Assembly: GCA_030324005.1 (NCBI GenBank)
Contig: JARDVH010000163.1
Span: 40,259,078-40,323,077, forward strand
From: Negaprion brevirostris
Taxonomy: Eukaryota
Direction: 5' to 3'
DNA: 64,000 nt
In this document: one piece after another, positions 26,291 to 38,995 of the stretch
Position numbering within the stretch: position 1 is the stretch's first letter
How the letters are laid out: every line of letters begins with the position of its first letter
Notes under the pieces: model-generated
Told to the model about the DNA's origin: nothing
Databases searched by the model: none
The model's input: the letters and a program-made list of their open reading frames with translations, nothing else
Program-made: the position numbers and the translations under genes

Positions 26291-27637
26291 TTTATTATCA
26301 TGTGTGATAACAGGTCAACCTCTGTATAAAACAGCCAATTATAAAGTAGATCACACTATTACTTGTGTGTAAAAGCAGCCCCTTTACTGTTCACTTGCAT
26401 TTTATATGGAACAATATTCACAAACATACAAAAATGACAAGCAGGAAAAGATTTTTGGACTTGCCTCATACTCGAGATGGCTGAAGCATCCTCAATACAT
26501 TTGTTATCCCCAGCATTTCCCCGCCCCAACACGCCCCAGCCATTCCTTCTGAGTGGCAAAAACGCAAAGAAATGGCTAATAAGGGGAAAATAAAATATGT
26601 GGAAATGTCCTCCTTCAGCTCCTCCCGCTCCAATCGTGGCCAAGGAAACCAGTGGAGTTAAGTGTGTGTACCATCAAATTGTCAGCGCGGAGCTGGAAAG
26701 CCACATGTCCAGGACAGAGAAAGGCTGTGGCATTTACTTCCTCTACTTTATAGAAAGTCATCCTCCTATCTTTCTTCTAAATTCCTCTGACAATAAACCT
26801 ATTCCCACTTTATCAATGGGAACGGTGGACTTGCTCAGCAGGAAGCGGATAAAGCCTTGTACATTGGTCCACCTTCCGATATTGCAGCGAATTACATCAG
26901 ATCATCCCAAAGATCTTGTTCCACCCCAGTCTATCAGACATCAGGGTTTCACCACAGGAAGAGTCACAAATACGAGATAATTTTCGACACACCACTGATA
27001 TCGAAAGGTTGCACCAAATTACTAAATTACTACCACACGGCCCAATGTCTCCTTCAACAATGCTACAAGTGAATGATTGTGCTACCCCGCTCGGAGTATG
27101 CTGAAACTCCCTTTTACATTACCATATCTTATTGGGAGTGGGGTCGGGGCGGGGGACGCAATGGGGAAAGGCAGATCATTCAGATGACAAGGAAACTTTT
27201 ATGCTTGAAGGCTTTCACTCCAATACTGATGGATTGAATAGCAGACACCTAATATAAATTAAATACACAAGTCTGTGGAAGCGAAACTAACAGGGTGAAA
27301 ACAATAATAAAACCCTTAATTCCCTGGAGCTGTTATTGTGCAACAAAGGCTCAGCCAGAAAAGGCAATAATCATTAACAAGCCTGAAAACAAACCAAACA
27401 TTAATCTGACAACAAACACAAACATTTGTATTCGGTAACACACTGTGCTTCCTGCATACCTGTTGATCCTTTGTGTATCAAAGTCTCATAATGCGCGCAA
27501 CTTTCTGCTCATTATAATCGGTGTAAATATCATTATAAAGCAATATATTCTGAAAACAATTGGGTTATTTCAGGTAATAAAACGAGAATTAAAGGCCAGT
27601 AAGTAAAGCAGTGTCTCTGTATAATGGTTTATTATGT
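26291..27637 (-). other. SNORC: Probable SNORC 3' UTR with candidate AATAAA at 26296-26291
   Basis: Unique, repeat-poor sequence downstream of the TAG; tttatt on the + strand at 26291-26296. The end point is a guess. Confidence 0.4.
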
Positions 27638-27747
27638 CTAAGATGTCGACAGCTTTCTCACGGTGATTATGACCAGGCTGAATAACACAGACACTCCAAG
27701 AACCGCAGCAATTACGATGGCAGATATTGCTCCAGGTCCCAGTGATC
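27638..27747 (-). CDS. SNORC: SNORC coding exon 3 (transmembrane helix and short cytoplasmic tail, stop)
   Basis: Acceptor ttgttttgcag|, phase 1. Encodes [36 protein letters not shown] versus human [36 protein letters not shown]. The spliced CDS is 73+174+110 = 357 nt = 118 aa plus stop. Confidence 0.93.
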
Positions 27748-27929
27748 CTGCAAAACAAGAATCAATGCATCAGCCCAAAAGAAGGTGCATGCATTTACGT
27801 GGCGCCGCTTCCACTCTCATCCCCTCAAGTGCTTTACAGACAATGGACTACTTTTGAAATTTAGACACTGTGGCAATGTGGGTGCAGGCTGGATGGGCCA
27901 AATGGCCTCCTTCTGCATTTAAGGAGTTC

Positions 27930-28810
27930 TATGAAGTGGTAGCTAATTTGTGCACAGCAAACTTGAACAAACAGCAACATGATAATGGTTATATATTTCA
28001 ATTGCAGGTGTTGGGATAGAATATTGGTGGTGTTACTCCGGTTAGTTCTGCTGCTTTTCTTCAAAATCGCGAGGGCTAGAATACAATAGCAGGAACGTGC
28101 ATCTATATAAGGTTCTGGTCAGACCCCATTTGGAGTATCATGAGCAGTATCTAAGGAAGGACATGCTAGCCTTGGAAAGGGTCCAGAGGAGGTTCACAAG
28201 AATGATCCCTGGAANNNNNNNNNNNNNNNNNNNNNNNNNNNNNNNNNNNNNNNNNNNNNNNNNNNNNNNNNNNNNNNNNNNNNNNNNNNNNNNNNNNNNN
28301 NNNNNNNNNNNNNNNNNNNNNNNNNNNNNNNNNNNNNNNNNNNNNNNNNNNNNNNNNNNNNNNNNNNNNNNNNNNNNNNNATCCTTTAAAACAGAGATGA
28401 GGAGGAATTTCTTCAGCCAGAGAGTGGTGAATCTATAGAACTATTTGCCGCAGGATGCCAGGTCATTGAGTATCTTTAAGACAGAGATAGATAGGTTCTT
28501 GATTAATAAGAGGATCAGGGAATATGGGGAAAGGCAGGAGAATAGGAATGAGAAAAAAAATCAGCCATGATTGAACAGCAGAGCAGACTCAATGGGCCGA
28601 GTGACCTAATTCTGCTCCTATGTCTTATGCTGTTATGGTCTAAAATGTTGTGCCATCTGAGAGGGCAGCGAGGCTTTGCTTTATTGCTCACCAGAAAGAT
28701 AGCTCTTCTGACAATGTGGCACTCTTTCCGTTCTGTGTAACAGCATCAGATCAGTTTTAGTGTTCAGGTCCCTAAAGCAGGGCTTGAACCTATGACTTTC
28801 TCACTCTGAA
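27930..28810 (-). mobile_element. DeuSINE (SacSINE1-like) split by a CR1 insertion
   Basis: Reverse-complement Deu-SINE pieces at 27930-28065 and 28645-28810. Confidence 0.55.
28065..28640 (+). mobile_element. CR1-type LINE 3' end
   Basis: LYKVLVRPHLEY...LERVQRRFTRMIPG...FKTEMRRNFFSQRVVNL. Confidence 0.88.
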
Positions 28811-29204
28811 TGAGGGTGTGGGCCTTACCCGACATCCAGAACAATAATCTTGAAAAGCTACTGGGCTTTGAGCATTATTGCATTCATTCTTTGAGCAGCC
28901 TTGACATTTTTATTCCTTTTGTTTACTTTATGTCCATTATCATGTTGCAATCTGTTTCATTCTGTATCACCTTGTTGGCCTGAGCCATGTACATGTTAAT
29001 ACCACTTTGTAGTCAGTCAGTGAGATGCAAGATTTGAGCAAGACCATTTAGACAGGTTATTTTCTTCCATTCTGCATGGTACTCCTAAAGGAATTTGGCC
29101 TGAGAAAAATCACAATTCCAACTGATAAAATGTCTTAAATCTTCATAATGATGGCCACTTCAAGCAGTGCTGTCTTTATGGGAAACTGTGTTGCCATATT
29201 TTAT

Positions 29205-29750
29205 CTATAAGACATAGGAGCAGAATTAGGCCACTCAGCCCATCGAGTCTGCTCTGCCATTCAATCATGGCTGATTTTTTTTCTCANNNNNNNNNNNNNN
29301 NNNNNNNNNNNNNNNNNNNNNNNNNNNNNNNNNNNNNNNNNNNNNNNNNNNNNNNNNNNNNNNNNNNNNNNNNNNNNNNNNNNNNNTTTTTTTCTCATCC
29401 CCATTCTCCTGCCTTTTCCCCATAACCCCTGATCCCCTTATCAATCAAGAACTTATCTATCTCTGTCTTAAAGACACTCAGTGACCCAGCCTCCACAGCC
29501 TTCTGCAGCAAAGAGTTCCACAGATTTGCCACTCTCTGGCTGAAGAAACTCCTTCTCATCCCTGTTTTAAAGGGTCATCCCTTCAGAGTGAGATTGTGCC
29601 CTCTGGTTCTAGATTTTGCTGCTAGTGGAAACATCCTCTCCACATCCACTCTATGCAGGCCTTGCTGTATCCTGTAAGTTTCAATAACATCCCCCTCATC
29701 CTTCTAAACTCTCGATGAATACGGACCGAGAGTCCTCGACCGTTCCTCAT
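29205..29750 (-). mobile_element. CR1-type LINE 3' end, inverted relative to 28065-28640
   Basis: Reverse complement of the same 3' end (taagacataggagcagaattaggccactc...). Confidence 0.85.
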
Positions 29751-31489
29751 ACGTTCGTTCCCCTTTTAGGGAAGTCGAGCAACAGACATGTGCATCATTT
29801 TGACAATGACATTCCCCTAAAGGAACTTGTAGAGTATGCCATTTTGATTATTATTATGCATATTTGTAACCAAATAGTAACAGCTTTGCAGACCACTTTG
29901 TAATGAAGCTACAGAAGGACATTCTCCCATAATAATCGCATTAATGCCATAACTACATCAAGCAATCTGTTAGATATTCAAGTAGTTTATTACTCATGAA
30001 AGACAAAGATAAATTTTTTTCAGCCAAAAGTTTATATGACTTATTCCTGCATTTGGGACTAAGTGCAATTTCAAACTTCATTCAGTCTTCAGAAGGGCCT
30101 TGGCTTATACTCAAGAAAATATTACGACATGACCTACTGTCAGAGGAACTGCCATTAGTCCTTCCATTTCATGTTTAGCTTTTTAAAGTATTTTGTGTGA
30201 TAAGCTGCTGATAGTGAGGGCTGATATCATCTTAGGAACAGAAACTGAGTAAGCAATTATGTATCTCTCCCATCTATCAGATTTTTGGACTGTGAAATTA
30301 ATTGCGCAAGGACTAAAAAGGAAGTCTAAATTAGTATTTTCTGTGGTTCTATTGCCAGAAAAAGTAGTAAATGCAAGTTCACTTTTAACATTTAAGAAAA
30401 ACTTGGATGGGTTCATGGATGAGAGGGGTGTGGAGGGATATGGTCCAAGTTCAGGTCATTGAGTTTAGGCAAAAAATGGTTCGGCACAGCCAAGAAGGGC
30501 CAAAAGGCCTGTTTCTGAGCTGTAATTTTCTAGGGTTCTATGGTTCTAAAAAAATGTCAAATCAGGTAGTGAGAGAGAAATAAGAGGTGGGGAGAGAAAC
30601 ATCGGATTGTAAGACAAAGAAGACAGGAATGTAAAACAAAAGACTATTTACTTTTTAAAATCTACAATTACAATTGACAAAACTACGAACATGGAACTCG
30701 CTCCCTAACGGCACTATGGATGTACCTATACTGTACAAACTGCAGCTGTTCAAGAAAGCAGCTCACCACCATCTTCTCAAGGCCAATTAGTTAATAAACA
30801 CTGGCCTAGCCAGTGCCCGCCCCCCCCATCCCAAGAAAGAGTACTTAGGCTGAAATGGACAACACTTGCTGTGATTTTCGTTCATGTCTATCAGAAAAGT
30901 TTAAAAGCTTCAATTCCTTTTTTTAATGGCGAGGTCAACAGCAAGATGGTATTTTCGCCAAACTAATTGTACAACAGCACATATCTCAGACAATAACTTT
31001 TATACTTCCATGTCTAAGCAGACATCTGCCTTCACTCACAGTTGCTGCAGCATTTGTGTAGAACTAAATGTGAGGACTATTAATCTCAACATTGTTTTGA
31101 CGGCAAGTAAGTACTAATTTGTCTAATTAACATGTACTAATTTGTCTAATTTACAATCTGCAAATTTGTAAAATTGCCCCTTGTAAATTTCCATAGAATT
31201 GACAGTTAATGAGATATTTTAAACAACAGAGTCTGCCTCTGAAACTGGCCCTAGCCGACGGGCAGAAATGCTTATTTAAGTCCTTGTTAATAATCGCAGA
31301 GCTGATCACTGCAGTGGTTAGATTTTGATCTCTGAGATCTGAGGTTACAAACTGTACAGAGTGTAAAAAGTTTCCTACGCAAAAAGGGTTTAGAAAATTT
31401 CCATCCAGTTCTTCCTGGGTAAAAGACGACAGCACTTTTTAAAACCCTTTCGCAGCATTGTGGGTGTCATTGACTAGACCAGTGTTTAT

Positions 31490-31710
31490 GATTTGATTTG
31501 ATTTATTATTGTCACATGTATTAGTATACAGTGAAAAGTATTGTTTCCTGCACGTTATATGGACAAAGCATGCCATTGATAGAGAAGGAAATGAGAGAGT
31601 GCAGAATGTAGTGTTACAGCCATGGCTAGGGTGTAGAGAAAGATCAACTTAATGCAATTCAAAAATCTGATGGCAGCAGGGAAGAAGCTGTTCTTGTGTT
31701 GGTATGTGAC
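31490..31710 (-). mobile_element. Rex1-type LINE 3' end
   Basis: Reverse complement of 12180-12370. Confidence 0.75.
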
Positions 31711-33051
31711 AGGCTATATGATCCATCCCTAACTGAGCACTAAATTGTCAATAAGTAGTGTGTGCAGTAAAATGAGGAAAACATAATCACACTAAAACTG
31801 TTGTGTGTTTGTTTTTGAGGCTGAAGTCTAACCATATTATTGAATTAAACATACAGATCTTTATTTAGCATGGAGCTATCTAAAGCTGAGCTGAAAGGGC
31901 TCAATGTTGATACTGAATTATCAAAAAGGAAAATGAAATTGACTACTTGCCACACAAGAGCACAGGAAGTTACAAATATGCTGTTTCTACATCCTAAAAG
32001 ATCAAAGGGTTAGAAATAATCAAATCCAAATAATAAAGGATCTAGCAGTTTAAACACAAAAGAAAAAATGTTGGAAAATCTCAGCAGTTCTGGCAGCAGT
32101 TTAAACCAGCTCCTCAGTAATCACTTACATTTAGGGTTCTTCAGATTTAAACTGCACATAATTTTACATTTAAATCTCATCAATGGGATCCTCAAAATGG
32201 CAACTAAATCACGTGGTGAGAATTGTGCACACAACACTATGGGAATGACTGCCAATGGTTGTAGAACAGGAGGAGGAAACGGATGGGGACAGCAGGTCAG
32301 AGTAGTTACAAATCCTTAAGAGATTGGAACATGAAGATTAAAGTTTTAATCTAGAGGCTTTGGATGGTGGGGGGTCAATGCAGATCAGTTTGGGTGAAGG
32401 AAAATACTGCAATAGTCAACTCCAGAGGAGAAGTTTGGAGGAAAGTTTCAGCAAAGGATGGGCTGAGTCAGAGGTGAAGAGGACAATGCAAAAGACTTAA
32501 AAGCAGCCAGTCTTTGGGATGGAGATGATAGGAGTGAGACACTTAACTCAAGGTCAAAAAGGGTGCCATGGTTGTGAACATTATGGTTCAACTTGATGTA
32601 GTGGTCAGGAAGGGAGATGGAATTTTTGGCCAGGAGATAGAGTTTAACAGGAGAACTGAATGCCAGTGAATGTGTGAGACTGAAAAATCAAACTCTTGTC
32701 CAAATAATAAACACTGGAGCTGGTGTCAGAATATTTTTATAAATAAACTATTTGCTGATTGGATCCAGGAATGAACTCTATATCGGGACAAGAATCAACA
32801 TAATCTTCTTCAGTTATGTAATTTAACAAATAAACTGGGAGATGTACCTCACTACGTTCTGATGATTTTGTAGCCACAGGATTTGAAATTCACAGGGGAC
32901 TCTTTATTGGATATCAGTTCATATCCTGCCACCACATTGGTGTAGCCATGCACTCAATATGGGTTCTGAAGCAGAGTGACATTATGACAAACACAAGTTA
33001 CAGTTACTAACCGATTTTTTTCAGAATTCGAACTGTGATTTCTCATTTTAC

Positions 33052-33225
33052 CTTTCTCCACAGGTTCCGTGTCATCTGGAAAATATCCATAATCTGAAGT
33101 CATTGAACTGTCCTCCACAGTGTTTCCAGGAGTCACAGTCTCAACCGCACCGCCTCCAGAGGATATCTCCAGAGCTTCGCTAGGAGGAGCCAGAACAAGA
33201 GATCCCTGTACTTCAGAAGCCAGGC
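33052..33225 (-). CDS. SNORC: SNORC coding exon 2 (acidic Ser/Thr-rich ectodomain with Ser-Gly GAG site)
   Basis: Acceptor tgtgtttgcag| and donor AAAG|gtaaaa; 174 nt, phase 1-1. Encodes GLASEVQGSLVLAPPSEALEISSGGGAVETVTPGNTVEDSSMTSDYGYFPDDTEPVEK; EISSGGGAVETVTPG aligns with human ELPSGEGPVESTSPG. Confidence 0.88.
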
Positions 33226-33995
33226 CTGCAAACACACAGTCTTTTTGAAAGTTCATTTTAAAGCTGCAATACCGTTCAGTCTCAAAGCTTTACCTGACTG
33301 TATTGAAAAGTGCCAGCTACCATCCATTTTAAAATGTCACTGCAAAACAAACTTATCTTTCACACTTTCCATTAATTCAAAAGCAGCAGTCACTTTTTCC
33401 TCGGTCGGAAGTATTTGCTGCTAAAAAGAGTGGCTTTCGTAAGTAAGAAGTAACGTTGAAAGGAAGTCATTTATGCATTAAGAGGGTTAATCTCTCTTCA
33501 TTACACTGTGTGGTAAATTAAAATTCGTATTTTCCCTCTTGGTTTAACATATTCAGGGGTAATGTTTAAATGAAGCCCATGGACTGACTCCATGAATTAT
33601 TTTCAAAGGCAGCATGATGTAGCTGGGTAGCCAATTTAAACACAGCCACAGTAATGTTACTGAATCCAGCCCAGTCAATCCCTTCATAGTTTTAACAATC
33701 TCTATTAGGTCCCTTAAATTCTTATTTTTGATTCCAAAGCTACTCAATCATTCCTTGTAGTTCCATCTGCTCATCTCTGGTAACCTCCTTGTAAATCATC
33801 ACTGGGGGTAGGGACCAATATTTAGTCCACAACTGGGACCATATCATTCAATTTCTTTTCTTTTCAGGTCAGGCAATTTGGAATTCTGCTCTCATTAGTT
33901 TCATTCTCAGGTCACAATCTTACTCTCTCAGTGCAGCTCACTTCACAACCTCAAATGTGCCATGTGTACATGCTGGTGTTGGACTGGGGTGGTGC

Positions 33996-34170
33996 CAGTA
34001 AGAAGTCTCACAACACCAGGTTAAAATCCAACAGGTTTATTTGGAATCATGAGCTTTCGGAGTGCCGCTCCCGATCCAACATTCACCTGATAAAGGGGCA
34101 GCACTCCAAAAGCTCGTGATTCCAAAAAAATCTGTTGGATTTTACCCTTATGTTGTGAGACTTCTTACTG
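33996..34170. repeat. Palindromic Penelope-terminus-like hairpin
   Basis: cagtaagaagtctcacaaca...aaaatccaacag...ggaatcatgagctttcggagtg pairs with cactccaaaagctcgtgattcc...ctgttggatttt...tgttgtgagacttcttactg. A single arm also occurs at about 57606-57690. Confidence 0.7.
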
Positions 34171-35191
34171 CACCATGTGTACAACATTCACTGTATACTA
34201 TGATTCTAATGTTTGTCAACATGTACGAGAATTGCTTTTTTAAAAAATAAACTTTTTCCANNNNNNNNNNNNNNNNNNNNNNNNNNNNNNNNNNNNNNNN
34301 NNNNNACTGGGCTTGGTGTATGACGTTGTCATATTAACAGGTCTTTACAAGTCACCCATTCAGCACATACGGAGGACATTTAGCTTATTGTGCCTGTGCT
34401 GGTTCTTGGAAAGAGTTTTCCAGGTAGTTCGACGCCCTTGTTCCTTTACCTGTGCCCTGAAATTCCATCACTTTCAATCAGGAAGATGAAAGGATTTAAA
34501 ATGATTCGTAACCGAGTGATTCCACTAACTTCGGATGCAATTCACTCAATTCAATAACGATTTTCATAGTTCACACTAGGGGAGATAAAACAGACTTCAG
34601 TAGGTTTCTAGCCAGCTCCTCATATAATATTCCCTAATTGGATACATACGACATTATGTTGAGATCAGTCTTTATTTTCTATACGTGATTTTCACTTACT
34701 CGATAACAATGTGTACGTAGATCTCATGGAAGCCCTGAACTGTTTCAGGCAATCCTGATACTTAAATTAGCCATTAACAATCAGACATTGTCCAGTCCTT
34801 TCCTTGCAAACAAGCTTGTCTTGTCTCTATATTTGTGGTGCCAATTCAATGACATTTTCAATCTTAACAATGCTGTGATGGCTTTTTGCCAGCTGGACTC
34901 AGTATGGAAAACCTTCCCAATTAGGTAAAAGCAAATTACTGCAGATGCTGGAATCTGATACCAAAAGAGAAAATGCTGGAAAATCTCAGCAGGTCTGGCA
35001 GCATCTGTAAGGAGAGAAAAGAGCTGACGCTTCCAGTTCAGGTGACCCTTTGTCAAAGCTTTGACCTGCTGAGAGTGTCCAGCATTTTCTGTTTTGGCTT
35101 TATTATTAGGTACTGGTTGAATCTTTCACATGCTCACATTACAGCCAAAGTATCATTTTCTACACGTGTCTATCATAAATAAATCTTCTAT

Positions 35192-35460
35192 CATAGAATC
35201 ATAAAATACTTACAGTACAGAAGGAGTCCATTCAGCCCATCGAACTTGCACTAACAACAATTCCCATAACCCTGCATATTTATTCCACTGATCCCTCTGA
35301 CACTAAGGGTCAATTTAGCATGGCCAATAACCGGAGCACCCACAGGAAACCCATGCAGACAATATGCAAACTCCACACAGTGACCCAAGGCAGGAGTCAA
35401 ACCCCGGTCCCCGGTGCTGTGAGGCAGCAGTGCCAGCCACCGTGCCACCCTTGCTGCCCC
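35192..35460 (-). mobile_element. HE1-type SINE with internal deletions
   Basis: Reverse complement of the HE1 head and tail. Confidence 0.85.
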
Positions 35461-36003
35461 GTTCAAGTGTAAGGTGAGTGTATTAATCACTATAGTACAG
35501 AAGCCAAGCAGTTTCTAGTGTGTGCGACACCAGGCCTGATAATTCAGTTTTTCAGGCCTGATTATGCAGATTACATGACGTTGGTTGTCTTCAGAGCTAA
35601 GTATATTACAAACAGCTGTTACATATCAACCACAACAAATTACTGTCTAGAGCGCCTCCATTCTCTTCTGTTTGATTTCTTTAAGATGAAACATTAGTCA
35701 TAGATGTATAAGCATTCTGAATGAATACTACCTGGAAATTGAGTGAGGCACATTTTCTGGCTCTTAATAGTGAAGTAGTGCCACCTGCTGACAATGCCAT
35801 GCAATATCATAAAATCAATCATCTTCCTCGTAGACAGCAGGGATTGTACAAACCCGCAAGACCCAACAGGAAGACCGGAATAACGGGAGCAGTGAGAGAA
35901 ATTTGGAGGCAAGCTTGGTTTAGGAATGGAGCTGATGTGCAGAAACCAGTGAGTGTACCATGCTGACTGCACCCACCTTCCCTCCTGCAGCCACAGGAAC
36001 ATA

Positions 36004-36350
36004 GAGCAGCACGGTGGCACAGCGGTTAGCACAGCTGCCTCACAGCTCCAGGGACCCAGGTTTAATTCTGACCTCAGGTGACGGTCTGTGCGAGGCCTGC
36101 ACGTTCTCCCAGTCTCTGCATGGGTTTTCTTGGGTCTCCGGTTTCCTCCCAGTCCAAAGATGTGCAGGTTAGGTGGATTTGCCATGCTAAACTGCCTCTT
36201 AGTTCCAAGATATGTAAATTAGATGGATTAGCCACGGTCAATGTGTGGGGTTGTAGGGATAGGATGGGGAAGAGGGCCTGGGTAAATAATTCTGTCAGAG
36301 AGTTGGTGCAGGCTTGATGGGCCGAATGGCATCTTCTGCCATTCTATGAT
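36004..36350 (+). mobile_element. HE1-type SINE, full length
   Basis: gcagcacggtggcacagcggttagcac head through gggccgaatggc tail. Confidence 0.9.
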
Positions 36351-36359
36351 AAGAATAAT

Positions 36360-38200
36360 AATAGGCTGAAATCCAGGCATCGTTCTTGTACACACATGTT
36401 GCACTCCCTCCAAGGACAATATCTCTTTCCTAAGGTGTGATGCCCAGATCTGCTCACAAACCAGGGTTTTGTATAGCTGCAACATAACCTCTATACCCTG
36501 ATACTCCATCCTCTAGATATAGAGACCACCATTCCAATAGTCTTCTTGATTATTTTCTGTACCTGTTTGTGGTATTTTAAAAATCTATGCTTCTGGACCC
36601 TCAAGTCTCTTTGGACAGCTATTGTATTTAACCTCATACCATCTAGAAAGTACTCTGATCTATTCTTTTTCTGTCCAAAATCGATAACTTTGTATCGCTT
36701 AATTAAAATCCGTCTGCCACTGTTTTGCCCATTCACTTATTCTATCAATATCCCTTTGTAATTTTATGCTATCAGATACACTATCCACAATGCTGCCTAA
36801 CTTTGCGTCATTGGCAAATTTAGATACATGACTTTCTATGCCATTATGTAAGTCATTAATAAATAATGTTAATAATTGAGGCCTCAATGCAGACCCTTGT
36901 GGGACACCACTAGTCACATCCCACCAACTTGAATACCTGCATATTATCCCTACTTCCTGTCACCTGCCAGTCAACCGATTTCCCAACCATGTCAGTACTT
37001 TACCCTCAATTCCATGGGCTTCTTCACAAAAACAGAAAATGCCTGAGAAACTCAGCAGGTCTGTGCTGAGACCATGTGGAGAGAGAATAAAACCAAAATT
37101 TCAAGTCAGGATGACCCTTCATCAGAACTCATCACCTGACGAAGGGTCATCCTGACTCGAAATGTTAGCTCTATTCTCTCTCCACAGATGGTGTCAGATC
37201 TGTTGAGTTTCTCCAGCATTTTCAGTTTTTGTTTCAGATTCCAGCATCTGCAGTACTTTGCCTTTATCTCCAACCTTACTTAACAGTGCCTTAAGAGGGA
37301 TTTTATCAAGTACCTTCTTGAAGTTCATATAAACTACATTCATAGACATTCCCCTGTCCAAAACCTTGGTGACCTCTTGAAAAATTCAATAAATTTTGGT
37401 AGGCATGACCTACCTGTCGTGAATCCATGCTGACTCTATCTGACCAACTGAAAATGTTTGAGGTGTTCAGTTTCCCTACCCTTGATTATAGACCCCAACA
37501 ATTACCCCACCACTGATGTTAGGCCAACTGGTCTGTAATTCCCAGTTTTTCTCTTTCACCCTTCTTAAAAAGTGGAATGACATGAGCAATTTTCCAACCT
37601 AGAGGGGCAACTCCTGAATGTTGGGAAGTCTGAAAGATTTCAGTTACGGTATTGACAATGTGCTTCCTTTAACATCCACAGTGGAAACTGTCAGGTCCTG
37701 GAGATTTGTTGCTCTTTAGTTGTATTAATTTCCTCTATCAATGTTTTATTGATGTCAATTGTATTTGATCCCAGTCCTCGATTCACTATTACTTACATTG
37801 AAATTTCATGCAAGCTATCCTCCTTTTCTACACTAAATACTGAGGCAAAATAGTTGTTCAACTTGTCTGACGTTTCCCCATAGTCACTGATAATATCCCC
37901 ACTTTCAGTCTTTAGTGGGCCAACACTGCTCTTGATCACTCTCTTTCCCTTTAAGTAACTATAGAATGTCTTCTAATTGATTTTGATGTCACTTGCAAAT
38001 CTCCTTTCGTAATAAGACCATAAGATCATAAGACATAGGAACAGAATTAAGCCACTTGGTCCATCAAGCCTGCTCTGCCATTCAATCATGGCTGATATTT
38101 TTTTCATCCCCATTCTCCTGCCTTTTCCCCATAACACCTGACCCCCTTAGTAAGCAAGAACCTATCTATCTCTGTCTTAAAGACACTCAATGACCTGGCC
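36360..38200 (-). mobile_element. CR1-type LINE ORF2 remnant (RT region), about 1.6 kb, plus an adjacent CR1 3' end
   Basis: VTSGVPQGSALRPQLLTLFINDL...SKFANDAKLG...LQRDIDRISEWAKQWQTDFN; interrupted at 37025-37265. Confidence 0.88.
37025..37265. repeat. Palindromic MER6/Penelope-tail-like hairpin inserted in CR1
   Basis: aaaacagaaaatg...agtcaggatgacccttc|...|gaagggtcatcctgact...cattttcagttttt are inverted arms. Confidence 0.7.
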
Positions 38201-38454
38201 TCCCTTTAAATGGCTTTTGTGGCCCTTTGTATCCTTAAGAGGCTTTAAGGATTTGCTGAACGATATGGTTTCAATATCTACTAACCACCGCATTAATGAA
38301 GTGGGCACAGTTTTATAGAACAGCACCTTCAGATAATTAAGAGAAATCTCATGACATGCCAAGAGACAAAGGAAACCTCCAAGCTTGCCTTATTGTCACT
38401 CCAAATTACATCTCTCAAGGCATAAAATCACCACAGAGGAACTCAGCAACACAA

Positions 38455-38995
38455 AGCGATTGTGTACAAATCTGGGTTCCACACTATAGCAAGGATATGA
38501 CATTGGAGAGAGTGCAGAAGATGGTTACAAGAATGGTTCCAGGTATGAGAAACTGCAGTTACGAGGATAGATCAGAGGGATTAAGACTGCCCTCCTCAGA
38601 CTGAAGAAGGCAAAGAAGACGTTTGATAGAGATGTTCAAAATCCTGAAGAGGCTGGATAGAACAGATAGGGACAAACTGTTCCCACTGTAAAAGGATTGA
38701 GAATGAGACCACATAGATTTAAGTGATTTGCAAAAGAAGGAAATTTGATACGTGAAGAAACATTTTCACACCACGAGTGGTTCAGGTCTGAAATGCACTA
38801 TCTAGGAGAGTGTGGTGAATGCACATTCAATGGAGGCATTCAAGAGAGCAATAGCTGATTACTTGAATAGAAACAATGTGCAGGAGTATGGGGAAAAGGC
38901 AAGGGAATGGCACTAAACCATAATGTTCATTTGGAGTGCCAGTGAAGAGATAATGGATCAAAAGGCCTCCTTCTGCACTATAACAATTCTATGAT
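38455..38995 (+). mobile_element. CR1-type LINE 3' end
   Basis: CVQIWVPHYSKDMTLERVQKMVTRMVPGMRNCSYEDR. Confidence 0.85.

Noticed and set aside
26597-27104. Overlapping plus-strand ORFs of 62-127 aa
   Set aside because: They have no recognisable homology and lie antisense in the probable SNORC 3' UTR.
31111-31151. 18-bp direct repeat gtactaatttgtctaatt x2
   Set aside because: It has two copies with a 5-bp spacer, consistent with simple slippage; not an array.
33294-33327. Possible alternative SNORC first exon MDGSWHFSIQS with a phase-1 donor
   Set aside because: It encodes no signal peptide, implies only a 68-nt intron, and a much better exon 1 exists at 49426-49354.
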